A stretch of 64,000 nucleotides of DNA, from assembly GCA_002269645.1 (NCBI GenBank), contig NIVC01001730.1, positions 62,001-126,000 on the forward strand, given 5' to 3'. This stretch comes from Macrostomum lignano. Lineage: Eukaryota. This document shows, one piece after another, positions 36,797 to 49,646 of this stretch (its first letter is position 1; each line of letters begins with the position of its first letter). The notes under the pieces are model-generated. The model had not been told where the DNA came from. It saw only the letters and a program-made list of their open reading frames with translations, and ran no database searches. The position numbers were made by a program, and so were the translations under genes.

Positions 36797-37400
36797 TACA
36801 GACTCAATATTCTCAAATACAGACTCAATATTCTCAAATACAGGCTCTATATTCTCAAATACAGACTCTCTATATTCTCAAATACAGACTATCTATATTC
36901 TCAAATACAGACTCTCTATATTCTCAAATACAGACTATCTATATTCTCAAATACAGACTCTCTATATTCTTAAATACAGACTCTCTATATTCTCAAATAC
37001 AGACTATCTATATTCTCAAATACAGACTCTCTATATTCTCAAATACAGACTATCTATATTCTCAAATACAGACTCTCTATATTCTTAAATACAGACTCTC
37101 TATATTCTCAAATACAGACTATCTATATTCTCAAATACAGACTCTCTATATTCTCAAATACAGACTCTCTATATTCTCAAATACAGACTATCTATATTCT
37201 CAAATACAGACCCTCTATATTCTTAAATACAGACTCTCTATATTCTCAAATACAGACTATCTATATTCTCAAATACAGACTCTCTATATTCTCAAATACA
37301 GACTCTCTTCTCAAATGGTCTCTATATTCTCAAATACAGACTCTATAACCTGAAATACGGACTCTCTATCCTCAAATAGACTCTATATTCTCAAATACAA
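36797..37400. repeat. 23-bp AT-rich array CTATATTCTCAAATACAGACTCT, ~26 copies, between the C2orf69 homolog and FKBP12
   Basis: Direct reading. Confidence 0.95.
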
Positions 37401-37815
37401 AATCTACACATGTATAAGTTTATCTGACCTAATCAATTTTATAACTCTCCAAAATTACTTTTAAAGAAAGTTAGATATTAAGTCAGTATACTTTAGATTT
37501 ACTATTAAACAAAGTGAGCATAGTGCTATAGAAATGACAAACTTGAGACTGACATAATTAATACAAACAAGCTGACGGCATGAAAAATCTCATTATAAAA
37601 TTTCCTAAAAAGAAATTACACAATTATCACACTTTTACCTACCAAATACATATTGAACTACTAAAAGTAAAATTTACCGAATATGCAATGTCGTTATTTT
37701 ATTTAACATAGTGGCTAAGCAGCACGTATGAACAAAAAATGCTTTCAGAAGCCAATCAGTTAACTAATCAGTTAATAGATGAGCTTATAAATCAATCAAT
37801 CAGATAGGCAATTAA

Positions 37816-38102
37816 TCAATCAACAGGAAAGACCTCCAGCAAGCGAAAATGTGCATCAAGCGACGCTGCTGACTCTTGACAGAGCACCCCGCTGCGCAGA
37901 TCTGTACAAGCAACTGGCGGAGCTGAACAGCCCGCTAGAAAAGATTCGAACTCGCGACCTATCCATGGTCTGTTGGAATCTCGAACCTGTGCCAAGAAGG
38001 ACAAGTAGAAACAGTTCTTTAAGTCAGACTTGTCGAGTACTATCACTGAGCTTATGTCTATGGCAATGCATCGGCATAGCTTATGTCTATGGCAATCTAT
38101 GG

Positions 38103-38136
<34 letters not shown>

Positions 38137-38190
38137 GTCTATCTATCTATCTGTCTATCTATCTATCTGTCTATCTATCTGTCTGTCTAT

Positions 38191-38246
<56 letters not shown>

Positions 38247-38274
38247 CTACGAGTATCTATCTATCTATCTATCA

Positions 38275-38306
<32 letters not shown>

Positions 38307-38321
38307 GTCTATCTATCTGTC

Positions 38322-38352
<31 letters not shown>

Positions 38353-38380
38353 CTACGAGTATCTATCTATCTATCTATCA

Positions 38381-38452
<72 letters not shown>

Positions 38453-38455
38453 GTC

Positions 38456-38515
<60 letters not shown>

Positions 38516-38559
38516 AATCTATCTATCTATCTATCTATCTATCTGTCTATCTATCTGTC

Positions 38560-38590
<31 letters not shown>

Positions 38591-38626
38591 CTACGAGTAT
38601 CTATCTATCTATCTATCTATCTATCA

Positions 38627-38720
<94 letters not shown>

Positions 38721-40385
38721 TAAACAGAAAACAACTGAAAAGAAAATAGACGTTGCCAATCACCTGATACGGCGTAGCGTACGCTCGCACTCTGAGATTA
38801 GTCAAGCTGGTCAAATCGGACGGATCGGTCAGCCAGGTGTCCGACCTGCCGGCGTGCCCACCGTCCAGCCAGTAGATGGCCGACAGGCCCGGCAACAGGC
38901 CAGAGGATTTATCGTGGCTCAACTCGCGTACCAGCTGGTTTAATGGGACGCAGCCTTTGCTGAAACCGATCTGTAGGGATTTCATCACAGTTGGGGAAGC
39001 AAACACGTGACATGATGCCTTTGTGCTCCATCTTATCAACAATATTCGAATTCCAGTTTCAAATGCTGCTATATCATTACTACATACAATCTAAAGATCC
39101 GATCCCCAATATAGAGATTCCAATCCCTAATCTAAAGATCCCAATCATCAATCTAAATATCCCAATCCCCAATCTAAAGATCCCAATCCCTAATCTAAAG
39201 ATCCCAATCATCAATTTAAATATCCCAATCCCCAATCTAAAGATCCCAATCCCTAATCTAAAGATCCCAATCATCAATCTAAATATCCCAATCCCCAATC
39301 TAAAGATCCAAATGCCTAATCTAAAGATCGCAATCCCTAATCTCAAGATCCAAGTCCCTAATCTAAAGATCCTAATCTTCATTTTAAAGATCCTAATCCC
39401 CAATCTAAAGATCCCAATCATCAATTTAAATATCCCAATCCCCAATCTAAAGATCCCAATCCCTAATCTAAAGATCCCAATCATCAATCTAAATATCCCA
39501 ATCCCCAATCTAAAGATCCAAATGCCTAATCTAAAGATCGCAATCCCTAATCTCAAGATCCAAGTCCCTAATCTAAAGATCCTAATCTTCATTTTAAAGA
39601 TCCTAATCCCCAATCTAAAGATCCCAATCCCAAGTATAAAGATCTCAATCCCCAATCTAAACATTCCAATCCCCAATATAAAGAACCCAATCCCTAATCT
39701 AAAGATCTCAATTTCTATTCTAAAGATCCCAATGCCCAATATAAATATCCCTATCCCAATCTGAGAATCCCTATGTCTATCTTCAATATTAGAAACCATC
39801 ACTTACCAAAATTAATCCCTGCACCTTATTACTGACACTGGCCTCATCCTTCACTCGGACACTGTCAGACTGTTCAGCCTCCTCTTCATCTTCATCTCCA
39901 GCTTGCCGAGCGCTGAGCTCACGCCGAGCTCTAGCCAGCAGCTCAGCTAAATGCCGCACAGCGCGCCCACCGCCATCCGGCCGATAGGGATGGTCGAACA
40001 CGGGCGCCCCGTCAGTCTCGGACCATTTATCAACAAAATTAGAGTACACACTGTACGTGCCAGATTCCATTCGCTTAGGCCGAACTACAAACACTTCAGA
40101 ATTGTTGCGCCCAAATCTAGTTAATAATAATCTGGCGGTGGCTTCTAAATTCCATTGTCGATATTTGCAATTGTCGCCATGACTGTCCATACATTCGACG
40201 TAGTCTTGCACATCGCCGCCAAAGTACACAATCAGCTGGTCCGGACAGCCAGCCTGGCGACTGGATGGATGGCAGGCGTAGATCAGGTCGTTACGGCAAC
40301 CCGCGTAGCCAGCTACCTGGGATAGGCGATAGCAGGCTGCCTGTTGGGACACCTTGCGCGCCTGGAAATCAAATATTGTTGACAT
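37816..40385 (-). CDS. C2orf69: C2orf69 (UPF0565) homolog; exons 40385-39807, 38970-38764, 37986-37816
   Basis: Family motifs [48 protein letters not shown]|VRD..RPWIG. Phase-0 GT-AG junctions. The exact start is uncertain because an acceptor-like TTTCCAG lies inside the first codons. Confidence 0.88.
38095..38720. repeat. Interrupted (CTAT)n microsatellite, intron 2 of the C2orf69 homolog
   Basis: Direct reading; CTGT, TTAT and CGAGTAT interruptions. Confidence 0.97.
39097..39765. repeat. 21-bp array CCCAATCCCTAATCTAAAGAT with duplicated sub-blocks, intron 1 of the C2orf69 homolog
   Basis: Direct reading. Confidence 0.92.
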
Positions 40386-43300
40386 ACGAGCATAAGGGAT
40401 CTAAATTCCATGGTATGGAGATTTGAATCCTGTCCACAGATACTAGAATAGCTAGATGGGCCACTCAGCACATTTGCGTGTAAGCTACTTTCAGTTCAGT
40501 AGTAAGTTAAACAGAAAGAATTTTTATGTATTTTTAAAGCCAAGGCTCATTTTATGGGCTCTTACCCCCCAGCTGAAACCCTCCAACCGCGCCATTCCAC
40601 CCTACCCCCATCCAGCTTCAATTTTTATTGCCTTTTCTCCGAATTCCATCCTAAAGCAGCCATGTACATTTCAGTGGACTGGCTAATGTACATTATGGCT
40701 GAACCAATTAGCAAGTTTTTTATGCTGCAAACTTGGGCTTCTAAACTTATCAAAGTCATTTTAGAATAGAGCTCTATTCCTTCCTAGCTCCATTTGAAAC
40801 TATCTTTTTAGGTCCCATTCTATTATTTTATTTATAACTTTCTTACTTATATTCAATCAACCACCCAAAAAAACTAATACTATTAAGCATACATCCAACA
40901 TCTGATTAATAACCTTAGTCCAAACCAAACAGTCCATTCTAATGTTTTACAATAATTATGGCTATGGCTATATACCAATACTATAGCAATTATAATAAAA
41001 TAAATACCTATATGGCTGTAGCAGCTATGAATATACCTATAGAAAATAATTGCTCCTATGGCTAACTATGGAAATGTAAAAATTTGAATATCTTCCTATA
41101 GATTACTATACTTAGTTTTGAGTTTTGAATTATCAAAAAAGAAAGAATTAATTAATTAATTTTAAAATAGCAACATAGATCAATGATGAAAAAACTAGTT
41201 ATAAACAAAAATACAAAGAAGCTTACTATATTTAAAAAGATTACAGTATAGTTACTATATGCTATGACAAAATGAAAAATCACTATTACTTGCTATTTAT
41301 AATACTTATAATATAGATATCCATAGTAAAAAGATGAATATTACCAGGAATGACAAAACACTAGTCATTTATTAGTTCCAAAATGAATTAAGCCTTTTTA
41401 TTTCTTATCTATTCATTATAGAAGTTTTTGTTATTATGTTAGCAAAGTTTAATTAAGAAAAGTTAAGAAGTATAAAATAATTTAACTTATATAAAATAAA
41501 TAATGCAAATCTTTATAACCAAAATATTTTGTTTATAATATCTATAATTTTTTTGTTTTTAGATTCATATTTATTTAGGAAAAATAGCAAAGTTGTTATT
41601 TTTTTATATAATAAAGAGTGCAAAAAGTTTGAATATTCCTATATATAAAATTAGTGATAGATATCTCGATTCCCTAGCCTAACATTGCCCAAAGCTTAGT
41701 AACTACATTATTTACGTACATACACGCGCAACAGTCGGCCGAGTCGGCCGATCCGGCCGACTGATTTGGTGGCCAACAAAGGAAGTCGCGAAAAGGCCCA
41801 CCTGAAAAAATACCCAAGTAGTTGTACTAAGTAGCTGACGAGGCATTTTGGCTTAAAAAGACAGTCATAGTTACTCCTGCCGTTTACCCAAAGTTGCGTT
41901 AATTTTGCTTTAGGGTTTTTTACATGTAAGTCGCATTTTTGGCCAAAAACTACGTCGCATTTTTGTTAAAACTAAGTCGCACGGCCGACCGAATTTTGGA
42001 GGTTGCTCATGTATGTTTACGTAACTATATTTTTTCTACAACTTAAGACAAATGTTTTGCCGTAAGGAGGGTCCATGTATTATAGCCATAGCCATAAGCA
42101 AAACTATGGCTTATTCCAATTCTCCATATTCTATAGTCATAGGGACCCCAATATTACCATATTGCTGTAGTTCCCATAGCAATATCTGTAGTTTTAACAA
42201 AAAGTCTAGAAAACAAAATATTTTGAATCCAGAAGATGACCTGGTGCTTAAACAACTAAATTAAGTTAGAAAATAAAAGAAACACTTGATTGCCTTTGTC
42301 AGATTATTGATTCATAGATTAAGAAAAGTTTGTCATATATACTTAGCTAGGCATTCTTTCGTTATAAAAGACCCAAAAATGTGTGACTTTTGTAATGGAA
42401 GACCCATACATAGAAAAGGGGAAGAAATCAATCAAAAAACGAGCATTCACTAACAAAATGAAAGCGTAGCAAAAGTTCTACACCTCAACTGGCCAGTCTT
42501 TTAAAACAAAACTGTATATACCAGACATTCATAGAAAATGTACCCAAGGCCGACATAGGAAAACAAATCATCTAAACCCTACATTTCTGCAGCTTTTGTT
42601 GCTACCACCCCTACTACCTTCGTTTTGGAAGACCTTCAATGAAATAGTAGCTTGACGGTTTTCTAAAACGAAACTGTAATATAAACTGTAATAAAGGACA
42701 CACAAAGCCATTAAGAATAAACAAACAAAATAATAAACAACAATATGTGAGCAGCTTCCTATGTTTTAGGTGGGTCTTCTTTTTCGAAACTGCCAGCTTC
42801 CTATTTGATACATAGAGAGTCTTCTAAAACAAAAGAATGCCCTTAGCCAGCCCTAACCCACAATGTTAATCTTTAATATATTTTATTTAAGGTTTGAATA
42901 GGCCCTATGGCTATAACTTAGACTAGGTCTATTATATCAATAATTGTAACATTGCTATTTTTCAAAATCAAATACTCAAATTTGATTTTGGACTTAGTCT
43001 TGGACTCTTGGTCTTGGATTAGGGGCCTAGGTGTAAAAATCATATCCAACAAATGAAAGACTTTGGCTTTCTAAAAAATTGCATATTTATGCCTATGATG
43101 GCCTATGGCGATGTATGGGAGTTGGACATTTAAATTCTTCAGAAGTATTCTTAGCAAAGTCATTTTGCAACATTAGTTTATTTATTTGGACACTTAGAAA
43201 GATGTTAAGTGAAATTATTAATGCTAAGCCTGAAGCCACACTTGCTCGAAAATTACATACACTGACTGAAAATTAATTCATTCATAGTTCAGATATTCAG

Positions 43301-44128
43301 CTGTAGGTACTACCCACTGGTTCACACGACCTCGAAACGACATCGAATCAAGCAGTATACCTCGATTTGACTATATTCTGGTTTTTCCAACAATTTGTTT
43401 ATATAAACCATCCCCGTGGTGTCGAATGTATTAAAAAACATAGATTTTTTAAAAATTAAAATGAAAAAGTATGACGTAATGACATCGTATCCATGCCGTA
43501 AAGTAGGACCTCGTTTGTACGATAAAACTTCGATAAGAAGTTGATAGTTCAAATTTTTGACAACAAAAAACATGTATTAAAATGAAAGTACCACTGTTAA
43601 TTCAAAGATTTTTATAATCATTTTTTACCAGTTATGTTTTAGCATTAACGAACAATAAAGAGTATTTTTTCATTTGTTATAGTACGATTATTAAATATGG
43701 ACAAACTAGTCTATCTGCGGTTTTAAATTATTTCCCAGACCTACGACGGCCCTCTATACACGTGCGTGCGGACGTGTCAGTATAGAGTATAGTCTACAAA
43801 TGATTATCTTTGCTGCGCTAGAATTGTTATTGAAAGATAAAGTTAAAAAGTAATATACACTGCGTTTCAAATAAGCTTGTCTATTATAGTTCATAATAAA
43901 CTTTCATTCTTTATTTTTCATTTTTTTTAAAATATTTGAAAAAAATGAATGTTTCAAAAACATTCATTTTTGAATTCATTGCTTATATTCAAATTCATTT
44001 ATATTATAGTTATACTTAATTTTATGTTCATAATTTGAGTAAGATACTGTGTCTAACTCTATATTTTAATAAAAGTTTAATTTCCTCTTACTGGAGACTC
44101 CAAGCCTAGTAGATTCTGAAAGCATGGG

Positions 44129-44310
44129 CAGCAGGCAGTGGAGCTTGTGACACCGGGGGCACATGCCCACCTCCCCTAGAAAATAAGTCCATATGGAAAT
44201 TTTAGTGCTTTTTCTTATTTTAGCCTTTAATTAGCAGCTTATAAAGGTACATGTAGCCCACTTTCTTTGTGCCCAATGCCCCCCTTAAATATTAGGCTCC
44301 ACTGCCCCTG
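44129..44310. mobile_element. Possible small MITE nested in the transposon
   Basis: 11-bp perfect inverted repeat GGCAGTGGAGC / GCTCCACTGCC at the ends of a GC-richer 180-bp patch; no clean TSD. Confidence 0.35.
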
Positions 44311-46809
44311 GCCTGTCTGAATGTTAAAAAATTCAAAGTTTTGTAATATAAATTTTAATTTTTGTCAAGATTAATAAATATACTGCTTATTTAAACTTCT
44401 ATTTTTAGTGAGTGAACATTTACTTTATTGCTTAACATAGTTTTTTTAAAAGAATTTTCATAGAGCAAAACAAGTTTCTTTATGTAAAATATATATTAAA
44501 TGAAAGTAGTGCATTCAAGTATTTTTCAATTCCACATAGCTGGCCTATATAGACAAGTTTTGGCCAACAATTCGGTTTTTATATTTTATTATATGACACA
44601 TTCTATGAATGTTTTATGTTTACTATACAAATTATCTTTTATTTTAATTTTATTTAGGCATCATAATATCAATCATATATTTCATGTATATGATATTAAC
44701 TAGTATTTTTTATATCTATGAATAACTTGTAGCATCCAAGTGTTTTAGTTATTAGGCCTAGTAGAAATAAGGGCATTCTTTCGTTTTACGATCCCTGAGC
44801 AGGTCAAGTTTTATCTTATGATCCCCAAAAAAAAGAGTTGAAAAGACACTCTAGTTTATCAAAAAGTACATTTCACATTTATTTTTCAAGAAAAAATCAC
44901 TGCAACTCACTTTCTAGTCAACTTAAATCATCACTGCAACTTACTTTTCAGTCAACTTGAGGATTGTGGGTGTAGCATAGTTATGAAAGCATATAGCTTA
45001 TATTCACTTTGTCATACAATCATTTAAATGGTGAAATTATATGTAGAATGATCGCAGGACAAAACCAAAAGAGCTTGTAGGTTTTGAATTATGATCACCG
45101 CATTAGTAGAATTGTATTGAAGGGATTGTATGATGAAAGTGAATGGATTGCTATGTCCTAAATTGCTATATTAACTGATCATTGTCACTCTATGGACTGT
45201 ATCTTAAAACTGTATTTGTTATAAAATTTGCATGCGTTGGCGTACACTGCCCCCCCTCACTTTTGTTATACAATCACCCCTTGGTATAACACATAGGTCC
45301 AATGAACTGGGGGATCGTTAGACAAAAGTTAGGGGGTACCCAAAAAGGGTGCAATATAGTTTATTTAGTAAAAAATGCTTCTTATATGCGCCACAGGGAC
45401 TTGGCTTTCTATTTACAGACATATTGTAGAGAGGCTAGCTGCAATTGATTGTTTAGTTAAAACGTCTATTATAGCAACAATTTCCTACCATTTTGTCATA
45501 CAATCCCTCCAATACAATTTTAACATTAATGTGATCATAATTCAAAACCTACAAGCTTTTTCAGTTTTGTCTTGCAATCATCTACATATAATTTCACTAT
45601 TTAAATGATCATATGATGAAAGCAAATATAAGGACACTTCTAACTTCTATAGGACACAAGATTTTATATTAAAATGATATGCTTAGAAGTGGTCCTATTT
45701 TAAACTTTGATTTGTCTTCTGTGGGGGATTGTATAACAAAAGTCCCAACTCCCATAGGGACAGTGCTGGGTCAAAACAAAAGAATGCCAAAATAAGAAAT
45801 AAAGGCCTAGCTAAAATGTGTTATACAATTCAATGACAATGAGTTGATCTATTTTAAGATGTGCATAGTTACTTATCCCATTTATCTAATTAATTTTAAT
45901 AAAATTTTAACAGAGGCAGAAGGCTTTTTATTTCAATGGATAGAATGGCAGCAAAGAGTTTATGCTTCTTTGTGGGTATATTTATATTTACACAAACTGC
46001 GCAAGATTAAGGGGCCTAGAGAGATTTGAAAAAAGGTGGCATGGCATAATAAGCTATGCTAACCCCCCAGCTTAGTGAGCTGGCTAGCCTGGTGCATAAC
46101 CAGTTTTACAACATGCCAATTTTAGTGAGCAACAAAGACTAGGCAAAGCCTCTATATGGAATCAAGATAATAGAATAAGATAAGATAATAGAAAGTTAAA
46201 ACCCATGCTGCCATTGTCAATAACCTGAATACAAAAAATGCTTTAGTTTTATAACACAATATATTGACCTAAATATTTTAATGAGAAAGTTTTAAATAAT
46301 AATTTATTGTAAGATATATGACAATAATATAATAATACCTTTAAAAACAAGTTTGTTTCATTTCAATGGCCATGGCATAATTTCAACTCATATTAAACAT
46401 GATTACATGAAATTGATTGTTAATACACATTATTTGAGCCTGATGTGAAAAAGTGAGATCCCCAAAATGCCAAAACAAGCTGAAATTTAATTCATTGAAT
46501 TCAACTATGCTGTTTAGCTTGCAATATTTTTCCTTTATCACTTGGGTATTATAAAAAGCAGACATATAGTTTAACAAATATTTAATGTTTTAAACAAAAA
46601 CCTTTTTTGTTCTATTTAGCTATCTAAAATTGGAATAAGGTGTAAAAAATAAGCTGTTGAGCTTTTATTAGAACGAATATTGGTAAGATAATCTTAATAA
46701 AAATCTAGCTAAGAGAATCTTAGTACTCTTGGAAAATCATTTACTTAAATAATTTTAGTATAAAATTTTATCATACCCTCAAAACAATCATTTTTTTAAC
46801 TTTTCAGAA

Positions 46810-48772
46810 ATGGCTTCTAGACAAACAGCAAATCGCTACATCCGTGAATATCTGTTGACTCTGATGTCAGCAGACAGCACTGCTAATTGTGTAGAGGATG
46901 AGAGTTTGTCTGAAGTTTCTGCTTCATTTCAACTTTCTGAAGCTGAAGAGTTTGCGAATCCGCACGTGTGGAAAGACCTGGCTCCAGATGCTGGTGAAGA
47001 CAATTCGGAAATCCCATATTGCTACTCGCACGAAAGTAGTGGTGAATCTTCTGATACAAGCGATGACGAGTCAGGTTCTGCAACAAGCAATCCGCAAACA
47101 AGCCGCCCTTCGCTGCCGGCGAAGCTTCTGACTTTCATGCTGATATTTTCTGTTAGCAAAAGAGCTATGCAAACCTTTTAGTAATTCTGAACGAGGAGGG
47201 TTGCAATGTACCGAAGTCGGTCAGCACTTTGAAACGCTATTGTCAACCTATTTCACATGACCTTTTATCTGTCGCATGTGGTGGCCAATTCGCCTACTTC
47301 GGTATTATGAACAATATTCGTTTTTGCTTCGAACGCCAGCTTTTAAAGCTCAATGATCACTTCCAGAAGTTGACAATATTAGTCAACTTTGATGGGGTTC
47401 CCGTGTACAAGAGCTCGAAAATGTGTCTATGGCCCATTTTGCTTGCCATTAAAGGTGTTGATTTATCTGTCCCTTTACCAATCGGAGTTTTTTGCGGCAC
47501 CAACAGGCCACCATTGAGTACGTATCTTGAGAGTTTTGCTCAAGAGTTGCGCTCTTTAATGGAAACTTACGTTTCCATTGCTAATAAAGCTATAAAAATC
47601 GAACGCTGCATTATTATTGCTGACGCACCTGCCCGTGCGTTCATTCAAGGAATTTACAGCCATTCGGCTAGACTCGCATGTGGATATTGCAAAATTGAAG
47701 GCTCTCGTATTGAAAACCGTATGTGCTTTCCTTATAATCAATATGAGCCACGTACCAACGACGCTTACATGTCCATGCGTGAAAGTAACCAACTTGTATC
47801 TTCTCCATTACTCGGCATTGTCAATTTCGTGGAAGATCTCCCCCCTGAATACATGCATTCGGTGTGTCTAGGTGTTGTGAAGCGTTTGTTTTCTTTATAT
47901 GTTTCTTCTATTAAGGGTATTAAGTTACCGTGCCGATTGTCTGCTGTTCAGAGAATTCATCTTTCGCAGCTAATGATTCAAGTTTCTAAGTGCTTGCCCC
48001 GTGAGTTTCACAGAAAGCTCAGAAGCCTCGACGAATTCGAGCACTTCAAGGCGTGTGAGTTTAGGACTTTAATTGTGTACCTTGCTCCCGTTTTGTTTCG
48101 TAAGTTTCTACCAGCTCCTTATTTTGACCACCTGATGCTATTGCATGTAGCAATCTTTTGCTTTGTTTCACAAGAGCTTTCTACTTCTCTGTTTCATCAA
48201 GCATCTTCTTGTATTACACTTTTTTGCCAGAGAGCTCCAGGATTATACAAAGGTGCTCTGCAATCTTTTAATGCGCATCTGTTATCCCACATGCCTCATT
48301 TTGTAGAATCACTCGGTCCATTGGATCAGTGGTCTGCATTTTTTTCGAAAACTACAACGGAGTTTTGAAGCGTCGCTTAAGGTGCACATCAAATATTTTC
48401 ATGCACACCATAAATACTATGTCTCACATTCGAAACGCTTTTGTTACTACTACTTCTCGCCCGCTATACTTTTCCTGCGCGTCGCCGGACAATTGTTGTA
48501 TTACTCAATGTGGTCATGTACTTGCTATTTCAGCTCTATCTATCGAGTATGGGCGCACAAAAGTTATTGGTAAAATTATTCAATTTGTTAGAGACATGTA
48601 CTCTTTTCCATATAGCTCTTCATCAATAGGCATTGGTATATATAAACTGACAAACAATAGCGTTTATGATGCCACGGCAAAGTCCAAATGTATTCTGATA
48701 CCACGTGAGAGCAATGAGTATTTCGTTATTCCTCTCGCCAATCCTGATTTGGCTCTCTTTTCGCCATCCTAA
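46810..48772 (+). pseudogene. EnSpm/CMC-type DDE transposase (~650 aa) interrupted by two 1-nt frameshifts
   Basis: Motifs NFDG (D), ADAPAR (D), CGYC, YMH, PREFHRKLRSL..FKACEFR, NAHLLSH, and FEN (E) once the frame is restored. Frameshifts at T4 (47176-79) and T7 (48339-45). Confidence 0.85.
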
Positions 48773-49646
48773 TCCTATTTTGACTCCATTCTACTTCGGG
48801 TGTGTCATAAGTAATGCCACTGCATCCTTCTGTCTAAAGTATGTAGGCATATGCACTTAAGGGTGGTCCAGCTGCAACGTATAATTCACCATAAATCTCA
48901 GCAAGACGCCTGCGCCAAGCAGATTCGCATGGACTTTTCCAAAATGAGTTTTCGCAAAGTATGAAGATGTCAACAGGCCGTGTTGCACTGGTTCCGGCAG
49001 CTGGAGGAAAAACTGGAGGAAGGCTGAGGTGGAGAAGCTGTATGAGCACTGCCAGGGGTCGATTGATATTGGGGGGACACTGTGTTGTTGATTGATACGG
49101 TTTTGTTCATCTGCGGTTGTAAGTTTGTCTGTTTTCACATCACTCAGTGACATTTCTTATGACACACCCGAAGTGTATCGGTATTTTGCGTCTTTGTTTC
49201 GTGTTTTACGGTTTAAATTCTCACAAAAGTCTTATGCATTATTGGCTTGTGTAAACATTGGGACTTTTAATTAATGCTCTTGAAGAATGAGCTCCAGTTT
49301 GACTTTAACTTCTTTATTTTTTATTTGCACTTTGGATATTATAAGTATAAAAAGATACTTAACTGCTTGTAATCTTCAAGTTTTGTTCATATTTTTAGAT
49401 AATGAACCGCCGTTATTTTAAATTACTAGTCCACCCAATCTGCATGCTGCCCTATACTTTCTTTTTATATCTAGTTAGCTTGTATCGACTATGGGGAGCT
49501 AGAATACTGCCTAGAACTTGTTCGCCTGCCAAATTCCTTTACCGAGGATCGCTTACTAAAAGTAAAATTATTGAACAAATGCTAAAATTCTGATAATTTT
49601 CTCAAAACTAATTAAATAGCCAGTCCATTTGTTTAAAATTGCAGAA

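Noticed and set aside
31196-39802. Repeat-encoded ORFs (PVPT, ERRR, YLSI, IPNLK, SSATLR periodic proteins)
   Set aside because: They lie in introns or spacers defined by conserved flanking exons with consistent splice phases.
40956-42097. 17-bp inverted repeat TTATGGCTATGGCTATA / TATAGCCATAGCCATAA
   Set aside because: Built from a low-complexity CTATGG motif common in this region; no extended TIR or TSD.
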